From the NCBI GenBank assembly GCA_035377085.1, contig DAOSSC010000001.1, positions 1 to 41,743 of the forward strand: a stretch of DNA of 41,743 bases, written 5' to 3'. Positions 1-8,169 of this stretch are shown piece by piece (position 1 is the stretch's first letter; each line of letters opens with the position of its first letter). The position numbers were made by a program, and so were the translations under genes. This DNA comes from Candidatus Dojkabacteria bacterium (GTDB lineage Bacteria; Patescibacteriota; Dojkabacteria; SC72). The notes below the pieces were generated by a model, which worked only from the letters and a program-made list of their open reading frames with translations, was not told where the DNA came from and did not search any database.

Positions 1-423
1 TGGTGGAGACGGTGGGAATTGAACCCACGTCCATAAGTATTGTCTAGTATCATGTACAAACATAGTTAACCCTGTATAGTTAGTCAAATCTAAAAGGATT
101 AACGAAAAGATTTAACTACTCAGTAATTATATTCATCATATACTACTCTACCGACAAAGCAGTACTGACATATCCTGATAACGACTGTCTTAGATTCCTA
201 ATCAGGAGTAGAAATAAAAGACATTAGCTAAACTAATAGCTAAACCTTATGCAAAGTTAAACGCATAAACTGGAGTTGCAAAAGCAGCTCTTAGTCTTGC
301 TGTAAAACCATCTGCAAAGGCGACAAGATTATTTTTTACACTTATCCTTGTGTGTTGATTTATGAGACAACCCTCAGTTTGTGACCACTAGACGCAAACT
401 CCTGTCGAAAGCCTTACGTCCCC
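1..423 (-). ncRNA. ssrA: tmRNA (SsrA), complete, 3' CCA genomically encoded
   Basis: The reverse complement starts GGGGACGTAAGGCTTTCGACAGG (423->401) and ends GGGTTCAATTCCCACCGTCTCCACCA (26->1). The acceptor stem GGGGACG/CGTCTCC has the G3:U pair typical of Ala identity, with a T-arm GGGTTCAATTCCC. An internal tag frame (321->247) reads AFADGFTARLRAAFATPVYAFNFA followed by TAA. Confidence 0.85.
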
Positions 424-429
424 ATATTG

Positions 430-462
430 AAAAAGAGCATAGGAATGTATTATTCCTGCTCT
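430..462 (-). terminator. Hairpin plus U-run directly after the TrmH-family gene stop and about 10 nt before the tmRNA 5' end
   Basis: On the minus strand: AGAGCAGGAAT-AATAC-ATTCCTATGCTCT followed by TTTTC. The stem is about 11 bp with a 2-nt bulge. Confidence 0.45.
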
Positions 463-463
463 C

Positions 464-472
464 ATTATATCA
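464..472 (-). promoter_or_regulatory. Extended -10-like element TGATATAAT upstream of tmRNA, overlapping the TGA stop of the upstream gene
   Basis: The minus strand reads TGATATAAT. The identical 9-mer occurs upstream of valS at 17170-17178. No clear -35 element. Confidence 0.3.
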
Positions 473-1198
473 TTTTTTACTACTTTCCCATAGACCAATA
501 GCTGTAGCAACAGAAAGATTTAGTGAATCTATATCCTTGGATTGAGGGATATACACACTCTCACCTAAATTCTTAACACTCTCTGGTAAGCCCCTACTCT
601 CATTACCCTGAATCATACTAAAAGGCTCTTCAAACTCTACCTCTCTAATATCCTTTGCTCCATTGAGCATAAAGGTATATATATGATGATTACCAAACTC
701 TTTAATATATGATTCTAAAGTATCGTAATATTTAAAATTAATCTGGAATATTGCCCCCATTGTTGACCTTACAACCTTTGGATTAAAAATATCAGCAGCA
801 GGCCTAATAATAGCCAAATCCCTTACATTAAACCCTAACATTGTACGAATTATTGTCCCCAGGTTTCCCATATTCCTTGGTTCTACCAAAACCAAATGAT
901 TCTTTCCCTTTTCTAATTCACACACATACTTTTTAAACACCCCTACAGTGTATGTATTCTCCTTAAAAGCAATCCTCTCTATTGCCCTGTCTTGTTCCTC
1001 TATTTTAATCCCCAACTCTCTACAGAGCCTCTGAACCTCTTGCACACCCTCACTACCATCGTGATGCGAATTCAAAAGCACTTTCAGTACACTCCCACTT
1101 TTATATTTCAGTAAATCTATAGTTGGATATGTTCCCAAAGCATAAGAATAACCAAACTTCCTTTGGTATTTTTTTAATTTTGGTGAAAATATCTCCAT
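470..1198 (-). CDS. SpoU/TrmH-family RNA 2'-O-ribose methyltransferase
   Basis: 242 aa. SpoU motifs are LVLVEPRNMGNLGTIIRTMLGFNV, GNESRGLP and IPQSKDIDSLNLSVATAIGLWE. Confidence 0.8.
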   Translation of the reverse strand: MEIFSPKLKKYQRKFGYSYALGTYPTIDLLKYKSGSVLKVLLNSHHDGSEGVQEVQRLCRELGIKIEEQDRAIERIAFKENTYTVGVFKKYVCELEKGKNHLVLVEPRNMGNLGTIIRTMLGFNVRDLAIIRPAADIFNPKVVRSTMGAIFQINFKYYDTLESYIKEFGNHHIYTFMLNGAKDIREVEFEEPFSMIQGNESRGLPESVKNLGESVYIPQSKDIDSLNLSVATAIGLWESSKK

Positions 1199-1199
1199 A

Positions 1200-2150
1200 C
1201 TATTTCTTGGAAATTTCCTTAAGGATACTTCCGAGCCCTCCTTTCTTGTTCACTAACTCCCATTTCTCTTTGCGAAGAGTAAGATATGCTTCTTCGACCT
1301 TTGCTTTTGTTTCGTCTAAAAGAAGATTTTTCTCCTCTAACTCTTGCTGTATCTCTTTCTCCTTCTGGTACATCATGTATATGCTATTAAGGAAACCAAC
1401 TAACATACCAACATAGGCTATGAAATGCGCCCATGTGGAGAGATTTATCATGTGGATATATTCGATATTTAAAAATGGAAGATAGAATATTTGAGATAAA
1501 ATAAGAAAGGATAAAGTAAAAATTATCCAATAATGAAAATCGTCATACAACCACCCTTTATTAAACAAATATCCCAACAAAGAAAGAATGTAAAGAAGAA
1601 GAGAGAAAAGCCCTATGAGTACAACAGTAAAGCTATCTACCTCTACTCCGCGGAGAAGCAAAATTATGAATGTCGCGACAAAAAGAATAAATGTAAGACA
1701 AACAACACCCATTAACTGAAGTTCCCTTTTTCTTCCCCTACCCTTTCTTTTTCTGATAACAAACCAACTAATCAAGAAAAGAGTGGCTAGAAAAGCTTTC
1801 GCTAAAGCACTAGAGAGAGGATAGCTACCACTCTCTGTAAATGTAAAAAGTTTCTGGAAATCCTCTACCTCTAGCATAATTTGTAAAATTTCAATAAGTC
1901 CAACACCTACAAAACCACCTCCAAGAAACAGAAAGTTTAGATTAGTCTTCTTTGTGTAGTATCTTAGAAGAGCAAGTGTCCCTATAAACAGAGCCATAAT
2001 ACCTGAGAGAAAGGAGATGAAATACTGGAAATCCTTAATCCAAATAATATCCCCAATGAAAAGTGCGAAGATAAGAAAAGCAAGGACAGCAATCAAGAGG
2101 GCAAGAAACTGCATATCAATATGTTCTTCCTTTAATCTCTTTGGCTTCAT
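1200..2150 (-). CDS. Polytopic membrane protein (about 8 TM) with a C-terminal coiled coil and no recognisable output domain
   Basis: 316 aa with repeated hydrophobic helices. The C-terminal roughly 60 aa are charged heptad-like (QKEKEIQQELEEKNLLLDETKAKVEEAYLTLRKEKWEL). The stop lies 1 nt from the downstream gene's start. Confidence 0.6.
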   Translation of the reverse strand: MKPKRLKEEHIDMQFLALLIAVLAFLIFALFIGDIIWIKDFQYFISFLSGIMALFIGTLALLRYYTKKTNLNFLFLGGGFVGVGLIEILQIMLEVEDFQKLFTFTESGSYPLSSALAKAFLATLFLISWFVIRKRKGRGRKRELQLMGVVCLTFILFVATFIILLLRGVEVDSFTVVLIGLFSLLLYILSLLGYLFNKGWLYDDFHYWIIFTLSFLILSQIFYLPFLNIEYIHMINLSTWAHFIAYVGMLVGFLNSIYMMYQKEKEIQQELEEKNLLLDETKAKVEEAYLTLRKEKWELVNKKGGLGSILKEISKK

Positions 2151-2164
2151 AATATAATATATTA

Positions 2165-2680
2165 TTAATACAGATATTTTTCAAAAGATATCAGCTCTCC
2201 CCTCTCTGCATAAGGAGCGCACACTGTAACAGTACCGCTACCGTCCTGGGTAATATAATATCCCGTCCCATTTGTAGATTTGTTTGTAGGATCGGAAGGT
2301 ATAGAAGCTACAATTTCCTCTCCTTCATCTTTACTATTCAAAACAGAAAGATCTACCATACCTACACAATCATAAGGCCCCATCTTGCATATTTCATTTC
2401 CTAACTTTACACATTCCTCCCCAATGGGAATAACATCAGGGATTTCTCCAGTCTTTTTTGTATATGACGCAACAGCAGAGAGAATTAATGACACATCTGC
2501 ATTTCTTACAACATTTCTATTCTCGGCGCCCTCTTTTTGGGGGTTAATTATTAGATATCCTAGGAATGCAATAACAAACAAAGCACATAAGATAACGAGA
2601 AAGTCTAGCACAGAGAAGCCTTTTTTAACTTGTTCTTCTTCTTTTGGAAGAAAATTTAAACCTGAATTTGGGGCATTCAT
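2165..2680 (-). CDS. Type IV pilin-like protein (prepilin-type N-terminal cleavage/methylation signal)
   Basis: 171 aa. It has a charged leader ending KKG|FSVLDFLVILCALFVIAFLGYLII (G|F cleavage context, acidic residue at +5, hydrophobic helix). The globular C-terminal part has 4 Cys. Confidence 0.65.
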   Translation of the reverse strand: MNAPNSGLNFLPKEEEQVKKGFSVLDFLVILCALFVIAFLGYLIINPQKEGAENRNVVRNADVSLILSAVASYTKKTGEIPDVIPIGEECVKLGNEICKMGPYDCVGMVDLSVLNSKDEGEEIVASIPSDPTNKSTNGTGYYITQDGSGTVTVCAPYAERGELISFEKYLY

Positions 2681-2712
2681 AAATGTATGATACTAAAGTA
2701 AACAAAGAATAT

Positions 2713-2958
2713 CTATTTATCTAATTCTCTTTTTACAACAAAGTAATATACAACAGATATTATTAAGCTATATCCAAGAAAAAGACCAACTGCCAAAAGT
2801 ACGGTCCAAAGAGTCTTGTCCTTGAAGTTACTTTCTTCCCTCCTGATACAGTCAATTAGCATCCAAATTGAGAAAGCTATACTACAAAGATAGAGAAGTA
2901 TTACTAAAATCCAAAACCAAGCGAAACCAAGAGTTAATATTCCAAGAAAGGCTTCCAT
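2713..2958 (-). CDS. Small membrane protein, PLD-nuclease N-terminal (PLDc_N)-like
   Basis: 81 aa. Hydrophobic helices flank IWMLIDCIRRE...KDKTLWTVLLAV, a pattern resembling PLDc_N small proteins (from memory). Confidence 0.45.
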   Translation of the reverse strand: MEAFLGILTLGFAWFWILVILLYLCSIAFSIWMLIDCIRREESNFKDKTLWTVLLAVGLFLGYSLIISVVYYFVVKRELDK

Positions 2959-3082
2959 ATATACATAAATATCAAATTATATAAAACAAGTATAACATAA
3001 ATATCCGCATAACACCCGCCCCCATAGTCCGATAATCATTTTATATAGTATTCCATATCTCTAAAAATACTGATACAGAAAC

Positions 3083-3103
3083 AAAAAAATGCCCTCTCGG
3101 GCA
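3083..3103 (-). terminator. Candidate rho-independent terminator downstream of tRNA-Ser(CGA)
   Basis: The minus strand reads TGCCC-GAGA-GGGCA followed by TTTTTTT. The stem is only 5 bp, with a GNRA-type loop. Confidence 0.4.
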
Positions 3104-3143
3104 CTTGTCCACATATTAATCATCTCTATGGATAACTAACCAA

Positions 3144-3230
3144 CGGAGGGAGAGGGATTCGAACCCCCGGTCCCGCAAGCGAGACAGAGCTTTTCGAGAG
3201 CTCCCCTTTCGACCACTCAGGCATCCCTCC
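3144..3230 (-). tRNA. tRNA-Ser(CGA), no encoded CCA
   Basis: The reverse complement is GGAGGGA TG CCTGAGTGGTCGAAAGG G GAGCT CTCGAAA AGCTC, a long variable arm, GGGGGTTCGAATCCCTC, then TCCCTCC G. It is a type II tRNA with anticodon CGA. Confidence 0.9.
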
Positions 3231-3925
3231 TAAATCTTTTCTAATGGGATATACTCCCCGTAATTTATTTTCTCTAAACTACCCTGTTTTCTAATATCTT
3301 TGTATAAAAGTTTATCTTGTAATAAAACAAAGATAGCTTCCTTGTCTTTTTCGTCTACCAAAAATATTAACATAGCAGGAAATCTCAGACTAGTTTCAAC
3401 CAATAACATCAACTGATCACCTTTCTTAGTAAAGTAGAAATTTTTTAAAAGATACCACTCGTAAAGCTTCCCACCTGTATCAAAACCCCTTGCTGTTATC
3501 TTGTGCTTCACTATCTGTGGCTTGGTAGTTCCCAAAACATATATTACAAAAAGAAGTGCTATTATAGAACCCATTAGGAAGTATTTTCGTAAGATAGCTA
3601 AAAGAAGTATGAAAAAAAGTGAAAGTATTACAATTATTAAGAAAGGCTTGCTGCTAAATTTGAATTCATACCTATCTGGTGCTTCCCATTCAAAAAGCTT
3701 AATATTCTGAACAACTGGTTTTTCATCTTCAAAGATAGGATCTTGCTCTAACTTGGTTTTCCCTTTTACTATATTCTTTCTTCTAATGTTTTTCTGGTTT
3801 TCTACTGCTTCCTCTTTTGCTTTTTTGATACTTTCCTCTCTTTTCCTTAGCCCTACTTCCCCGGAGATTATCTGTGAAAGTTGTTCTAATTCATCTTGAA
3901 ATTTGTTATTTTCTTTCTTTACCAT
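3230..3925 (-). CDS. Hypothetical bitopic/2-TM membrane protein with a charged N-terminal region
   Basis: The tracked ORF runs 3230-3943 from a TTG. The first ATG is at 3925, 7 nt after the TGA of the upstream gene. The layout is a K/E-rich N-terminus, the motif FEWEAPDRYEF, two TM helices, then a roughly 100-aa C-terminal domain. Confidence 0.55.
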   Translation of the reverse strand: MVKKENNKFQDELEQLSQIISGEVGLRKREESIKKAKEEAVENQKNIRRKNIVKGKTKLEQDPIFEDEKPVVQNIKLFEWEAPDRYEFKFSSKPFLIIVILSLFFILLLAILRKYFLMGSIIALLFVIYVLGTTKPQIVKHKITARGFDTGGKLYEWYLLKNFYFTKKGDQLMLLVETSLRFPAMLIFLVDEKDKEAIFVLLQDKLLYKDIRKQGSLEKINYGEYIPLEKI

Positions 3926-3932
3926 ACAGAAA

Positions 3933-4301
3933 TCATATAACAAAGGAGGCTACTAACACAACTAGAAGTATAGATACCCCCCAAATCCAATCTAGTACAT
4001 GAAAGAAATTCAAAAGAAAAACAAGAAGTAGCCCTAGACTGAAAAACAGAGCTACTTTTGAAGCTATAAATATTCTCCTCCTTCTTTTTAAATCCTTCCT
4101 TAGTAATGTCATTGTGCCGAAAACTGCCAAAGAGATAGCGCAGAAGACAGCTATGACAAGAAGAAATAGTAATACAAAGATGTTTAACCACTCGATCTCT
4201 CCCACTCCATTGGTAGGGACAAAGTAGGGATTATTAAAAAGAAAAAACAAAAAACCAACAGATACGATAATTACACTTACTAAACTAAAAACATATTTCA
4301 T
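3933..4301 (-). CDS. Hypothetical 4-TM membrane protein
   Basis: 122 aa with four hydrophobic helices and a KDLKRRRR loop. This frame is preferred over the Cys/Ser-rich overlapping frame at 3919-4191. Confidence 0.5.
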   Translation of the reverse strand: MKYVFSLVSVIIVSVGFLFFLFNNPYFVPTNGVGEIEWLNIFVLLFLLVIAVFCAISLAVFGTMTLLRKDLKRRRRIFIASKVALFFSLGLLLVFLLNFFHVLDWIWGVSILLVVLVASFVI

Positions 4302-4379
4302 CGTTGTTATTCTCTAGGACTAAAATAATTACTTCTTAGTAAATATTATGAGAGTCACTTAAATTAAATAACTTTCATT

Positions 4380-5057
4380 ATGAATATATTAATTATAGAG
4401 AATTCCAATACTCTTGCCCATCTTCTTCAAAAAACTCTGGATTCCTATGGATATAATACATCAATAGATTCTTCTTCCTTCATAAATAAGAACCTCGTTA
4501 AAGGAAATATCTTTGACTTTGTAATACTAAATATTAATCTGGAAAAAGGAATCTCTTATGAAATATTGGCATATATAAGAAAATATAGTCCAAATACTAA
4601 AATTCTTGGTGTGTGTAACAAAGGTAGCTGGGTTGAAAAGGTTGAATTTCTAAACAAAGGTGGTGATGATGTGCTAACCTACCCTTTCCCTATGCAAGAG
4701 GTATTAGCTAGAATTCAGTCTCTTATTCGAAGACCGAAGAGCTATCTTGATGAAAGTATATATATTGGTAGTTATGTTCTTGATACAAAGGGAAAATCTG
4801 TTTTGAAAGATGAAAAGGAAATTAATTTGAGAAAGAAGGAGTTCGAACTTTTTGAATATTTGGTTAGGAACAAGAACAGAACCGTTTCAAGATGTGAGTT
4901 ACTCGACCATGTGTGGGATTACAGACAGTATGTAGGTTCAAATACTGTAGATGTGCATATTAAAAGGTTAAGAGAGAAACTCCAAGATAAAAGCCTAATT
5001 GGAACAGTACACGGTATTGGGTATCAGGTTAAAGACAAGAAGCCTAAAGCATCATAG
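4380..5057 (+). CDS. OmpR/PhoB-family winged-helix regulator with a degenerate (phospho-blind) receiver domain
   Basis: 225 aa with a receiver-like fold. The acceptor context is FVILNINLE (Asn where Asp is expected), with ILIIENS, ILGVCNKG and DDVLTYPF at the other conserved positions. The C-terminal winged helix reads RKKEFELFEYLVRN...NTVDVHIKRLREKL...VHGIGYQV. Confidence 0.8.
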   Translation: MNILIIENSNTLAHLLQKTLDSYGYNTSIDSSSFINKNLVKGNIFDFVILNINLEKGISYEILAYIRKYSPNTKILGVCNKGSWVEKVEFLNKGGDDVLTYPFPMQEVLARIQSLIRRPKSYLDESIYIGSYVLDTKGKSVLKDEKEINLRKKEFELFEYLVRNKNRTVSRCELLDHVWDYRQYVGSNTVDVHIKRLREKLQDKSLIGTVHGIGYQVKDKKPKAS

Positions 5058-6162
5058 GCATAACTAGATGCACAAAGTTCTCGTCTCCTTTAATTTTGAA
5101 TACTCCTGGTCTAACTGGTTCTGAGCATTCAAATATAATATCTTCTGAATCAATATGATTAAGAATATCGGCAAGGAATTTGGCACTAAAAGCAATCTTT
5201 AATTCTTCCCCTTCCACCTTACAGTCGAATCTACTTTGATTTTGCCCCAAATCAGATTGCGTAGCGGAAAGAGAAATCCCTTCTTTTGCAATATCTAAAA
5301 TCATTTTGTTTCCTAAAACAGATCTTGCAATGATATTAATAACTTTTAGTGAATTAAGAAAGTCCATTCTGTTAATTTCGCACTGCGTTTTAAAACCTGT
5401 TGGAATAATCTGCTTGTACTCAGGAAATTCTCCGTCTATTAATCTAGAAGATAGCTCTACATCTGAAAATTTAAAAAGTACTTGATTTCTGTCTTCTATT
5501 ACATAAACCTTAACCCATTCATCTTCACTGTCTAGTTCAGAAACAATATGCGATATCTCCTCAAATGCTCTAACAGGAATTAATAAGCTCTTCTGTTTAC
5601 CAGATTTCTCAATTTTTACAATCTGTCTAGAAAGTCTTAGCCCATCTGTTGCTACAAAGGAGACACTATCTCCTTCAATCTCCATTTTGATACCTGTAAG
5701 CACAGGTTTAATATCATCGGTAGCTGCAGCAAAGGCCACTCTATTTATTGCATTAGCAAAATCTCCTTTGTTTATTCTTACAAAGTAATCTTTCTCATCC
5801 TTTATCTCTGGAATTGAAGGAAAATCGTCAAAAGGCATTGTATTGAAATTTGCAGAGTTGTTAGTTGTTGAAATATTAAAGCTTTGTTTCTCTACTTCGA
5901 AGTCAATCTTTTCTTCAGATATTGAATTTACAAATTCAGCCAATTGTTTCGCAGGCACAGTTATCTTCCCTTCAGATTTAACATCTGAGCCTATCCATGT
6001 GCTAACACTTAGTTCTAAATCTGTAGTCTTCATTAGTAACTTGCCTTTGACTGTTTCAAAAGCAACATTGTTAAGAATTGGTAAACCGGGTTTATTGTTT
6101 ACTATTCTACTTACTATGTTTATATATTTAGAAAACGTATCTTGGTTACAAGAAAACTGCAT
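5044..6162 (-). CDS. dnaN: DNA polymerase III beta subunit (sliding clamp)
   Basis: 372 aa, directly downstream of dnaA. The N-terminus reads MQFSCNQDTF...PILNNVAFETVKGKLLMKTTDLE, with three-domain clamp length and pattern, and a C-terminus ...VRPGVFK...FVHLVMPMML. Confidence 0.9.
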   Translation of the reverse strand: MQFSCNQDTFSKYINIVSRIVNNKPGLPILNNVAFETVKGKLLMKTTDLELSVSTWIGSDVKSEGKITVPAKQLAEFVNSISEEKIDFEVEKQSFNISTTNNSANFNTMPFDDFPSIPEIKDEKDYFVRINKGDFANAINRVAFAAATDDIKPVLTGIKMEIEGDSVSFVATDGLRLSRQIVKIEKSGKQKSLLIPVRAFEEISHIVSELDSEDEWVKVYVIEDRNQVLFKFSDVELSSRLIDGEFPEYKQIIPTGFKTQCEINRMDFLNSLKVINIIARSVLGNKMILDIAKEGISLSATQSDLGQNQSRFDCKVEGEELKIAFSAKFLADILNHIDSEDIIFECSEPVRPGVFKIKGDENFVHLVMPMML

Positions 6163-6615
6163 ATTTATATATGTAAAAAGATTAAGTATGGGACAGTTTT
6201 GCTTCTGTATATTGTATCATTTTTTTCTCTTAAGGAGAATTTTCTTGTAGCGTTGTAACCCTGTTCTATATTTTATTTATTAATATATTTAGTAGCTGTA
6301 TTAGTAGAGAGTATGGATATGTAGATAACTGCTCCAAATGCTTTTGCAAAACAATCTTTCAGTGTGTATTTGGTATGTGGATATTTGAATTCAAAGATAT
6401 GCTTTAAGGAGTAAAGATTATTTGTTTTAGGTGTGTTTTCTGGTGTGGATTAATTTAGGGGATAATTTTAACAAACTCAACAACTGTGTGGTTATCTATA
6501 CCCTTAAGAAATGTCGGTAGAAAAAGAGATTATTATGTAGAAAGGATTTCTTAACTGTGGAAAAGAGGGTTAGTTATCCGGAGAATACAGATAGTTATCC
6601 ACCGATTTGTCCACA
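6163..6615. promoter_or_regulatory. Putative oriC: DnaA-box cluster plus AT-rich unwinding element in the dnaA-dnaN spacer (it must also hold the dnaN promoter)
   Basis: 9-mers within 1-2 mismatches of TTATCCACA/TGTGGATAA: 6320 TGTAGATAA, 6376 TGTGGATAT, 6444 TGTGGATTA, 6487 TGTGGTTAT, 6556 TGTGGAAAA, 6574 TTATCCGGA, 6595 TTATCCACC, 6607 TTGTCCACA. The two orientation groups converge. Confidence 0.65.
6267..6291. promoter_or_regulatory. 25-nt pure A/T tract, candidate DNA unwinding element
   Basis: The tract is TATATTTTATTTATTAATATATTTA, flanking the DnaA-box cluster on the dnaN side. Confidence 0.4.
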
Positions 6616-8082
6616 CTAATCTCTTATGATTTTGTAGCATTCATTTAATCTCTCGTTGAACTTTGGGTCTTTCTTTTTGAGCAAGTCTATCTTCTCACAT
6701 GCGTGTAGTACTGTGGTATGGTCATTGCGGTTTACTTCTTTTGCTACTCTTTCGAGTGGCATAGAAAGTTCGTTTCGAAGTATGTACATCACGATCTGTC
6801 TGCACTGAGCGATATATGCCGTTCTTCTGTCCCCTTTAATCTCAGAGATTTTAACATCAAATACATCTGAAACAGCTTTTATGACTTTCATGGGAGTAAT
6901 TTTTTTTCTTTTGCTTTCTAAGTCAATTTGTAGAAGCTTTGCAATATCCTCTTCTGTTGGATTCATTCCTAGTTTAATTAACGAGAGAACCTTTGTTAGA
7001 GAACCCTCCAACTCACGGACATTTTTGTCAATGTTTTTGGCAATCATCTGCATAAATTCTTCGGGAACTTCTACAGAACTATTCTTTTCAAGAAGGTACT
7101 GTTTAAGTATTGCCATTCTTGTTTCATAATCTGGAGCTTGGATATCTGCAACCATTCCTCCTTGAAAACGAGACCTGAGTCTGTCCGTAATGTTCTTGAT
7201 TTCTTTTGGGGGTCTGTCTGAGGCAAGTATAATCTGTTTGTTTGCTTGGTAAAGGGTATTAAAGGTATGGAAAAGTTCTTCTTGAGTTCTTGGATATGTC
7301 TCTACAAACTGAACATCATCAATCATTAGCAAGTCCACAGCTCTGTATTTGTTTCTGAAATCTTCGTTTCTTTTTGTTCTAATGGCTTCAACCATTTCAT
7401 TAAGAAATTGCTCTATGGAGATATATACCACTTTCTTGCTTGCATCTCTATTCAATACTTCGTTGCCTATTGCCTGCATTAGATGTGTCTTTCCTACTCC
7501 AGTATCACCGTAGTAAAAGACTGGATTGTATGCATTACCCAAATCTTCGACAACTGCTTCCGCGATTGCCTCTGCGAGTCTGTTGTTTGGACCAACTATG
7601 AAGTTAGAGAAAAGATATTTGGGATTAAGTTGTGCATTTTTAAGAGCGTTTTCTTTTTGCTTCTGTTCTTTCTCTGCAGAAGAGAAAAGATCCAGAGAGA
7701 TATCCTCTTTCTGAGTAGGATCATGGTACAGGTATTTCTCCTTTTGTAATGTATCCTGCTCTCGAAGATTAATCTCTATCTCGAAATTTCTTCCAGAAGA
7801 TTTAAGTAAAGCTTTTTTTAATGTGGTTTTGTAATCTCTTAGAATCTTTTCTCGTTTGTATGATGCATCGCATGATATTTGTACCAAGCCATTTTGAATA
7901 TTTTCTATATAACAACCACCGAAAATACCTCCGAAGACTTTTGGACCTATGATTAAGCGCAGATTTTCTTTAGCACTTTTCCAAAGCTCATCTGGGTCAA
8001 TCTGGGTATTTTGTGCATGTGAGTTGAGAATCTCTGGTTTTGGTAATTTTTCTACATGCTCCGCAAAGTCTGCTTTCTCCAT
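6616..8082 (-). CDS. dnaA: Chromosomal replication initiator DnaA
   Basis: 488 aa. The AAA+ Walker A reads YGDTGVGKTHLMQAIGN and the Walker B reads LLMIDDVQF. Other motifs are sensor LASDRPPKEI and the domain IV DNA-binding helix RRTAYIAQCRQIVMYILRNELSMPLERVAKEVNRNDHTTVLHACEKI. Confidence 0.95.
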   Translation of the reverse strand: MEKADFAEHVEKLPKPEILNSHAQNTQIDPDELWKSAKENLRLIIGPKVFGGIFGGCYIENIQNGLVQISCDASYKREKILRDYKTTLKKALLKSSGRNFEIEINLREQDTLQKEKYLYHDPTQKEDISLDLFSSAEKEQKQKENALKNAQLNPKYLFSNFIVGPNNRLAEAIAEAVVEDLGNAYNPVFYYGDTGVGKTHLMQAIGNEVLNRDASKKVVYISIEQFLNEMVEAIRTKRNEDFRNKYRAVDLLMIDDVQFVETYPRTQEELFHTFNTLYQANKQIILASDRPPKEIKNITDRLRSRFQGGMVADIQAPDYETRMAILKQYLLEKNSSVEVPEEFMQMIAKNIDKNVRELEGSLTKVLSLIKLGMNPTEEDIAKLLQIDLESKRKKITPMKVIKAVSDVFDVKISEIKGDRRTAYIAQCRQIVMYILRNELSMPLERVAKEVNRNDHTTVLHACEKIDLLKKKDPKFNERLNECYKIIRD

Positions 8083-8169
8083 TTAAAAAGGTTTTAAAAT
8101 ATTTAGGCAGTTTTGAGGGCAGTGTCCGATCGATTGGGACTTTTTCCATTATATTGAATTTCAAAACAA

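Noticed and set aside
1123-1416. 97-aa plus-strand ORF spanning the junction of two minus-strand genes.
   Set aside because: It is antisense to both well-supported ORFs and has no motifs.
1-3300. Genomic island or integrase adjacent to tmRNA and tRNA-Ser, which are common integration hotspots.
   Set aside because: There is no integrase, recombinase or phage-like ORF. No direct repeat of the tmRNA or tRNA 3' end is visible nearby, and the flanking genes are small membrane or housekeeping genes.
3919-4191. 90-aa minus-strand ORF overlapping 3933-4301 in another frame.
   Set aside because: It is Cys/Ser-rich with low-complexity composition. The alternative frame encodes a coherent 4-TM protein that ends just before the next gene.
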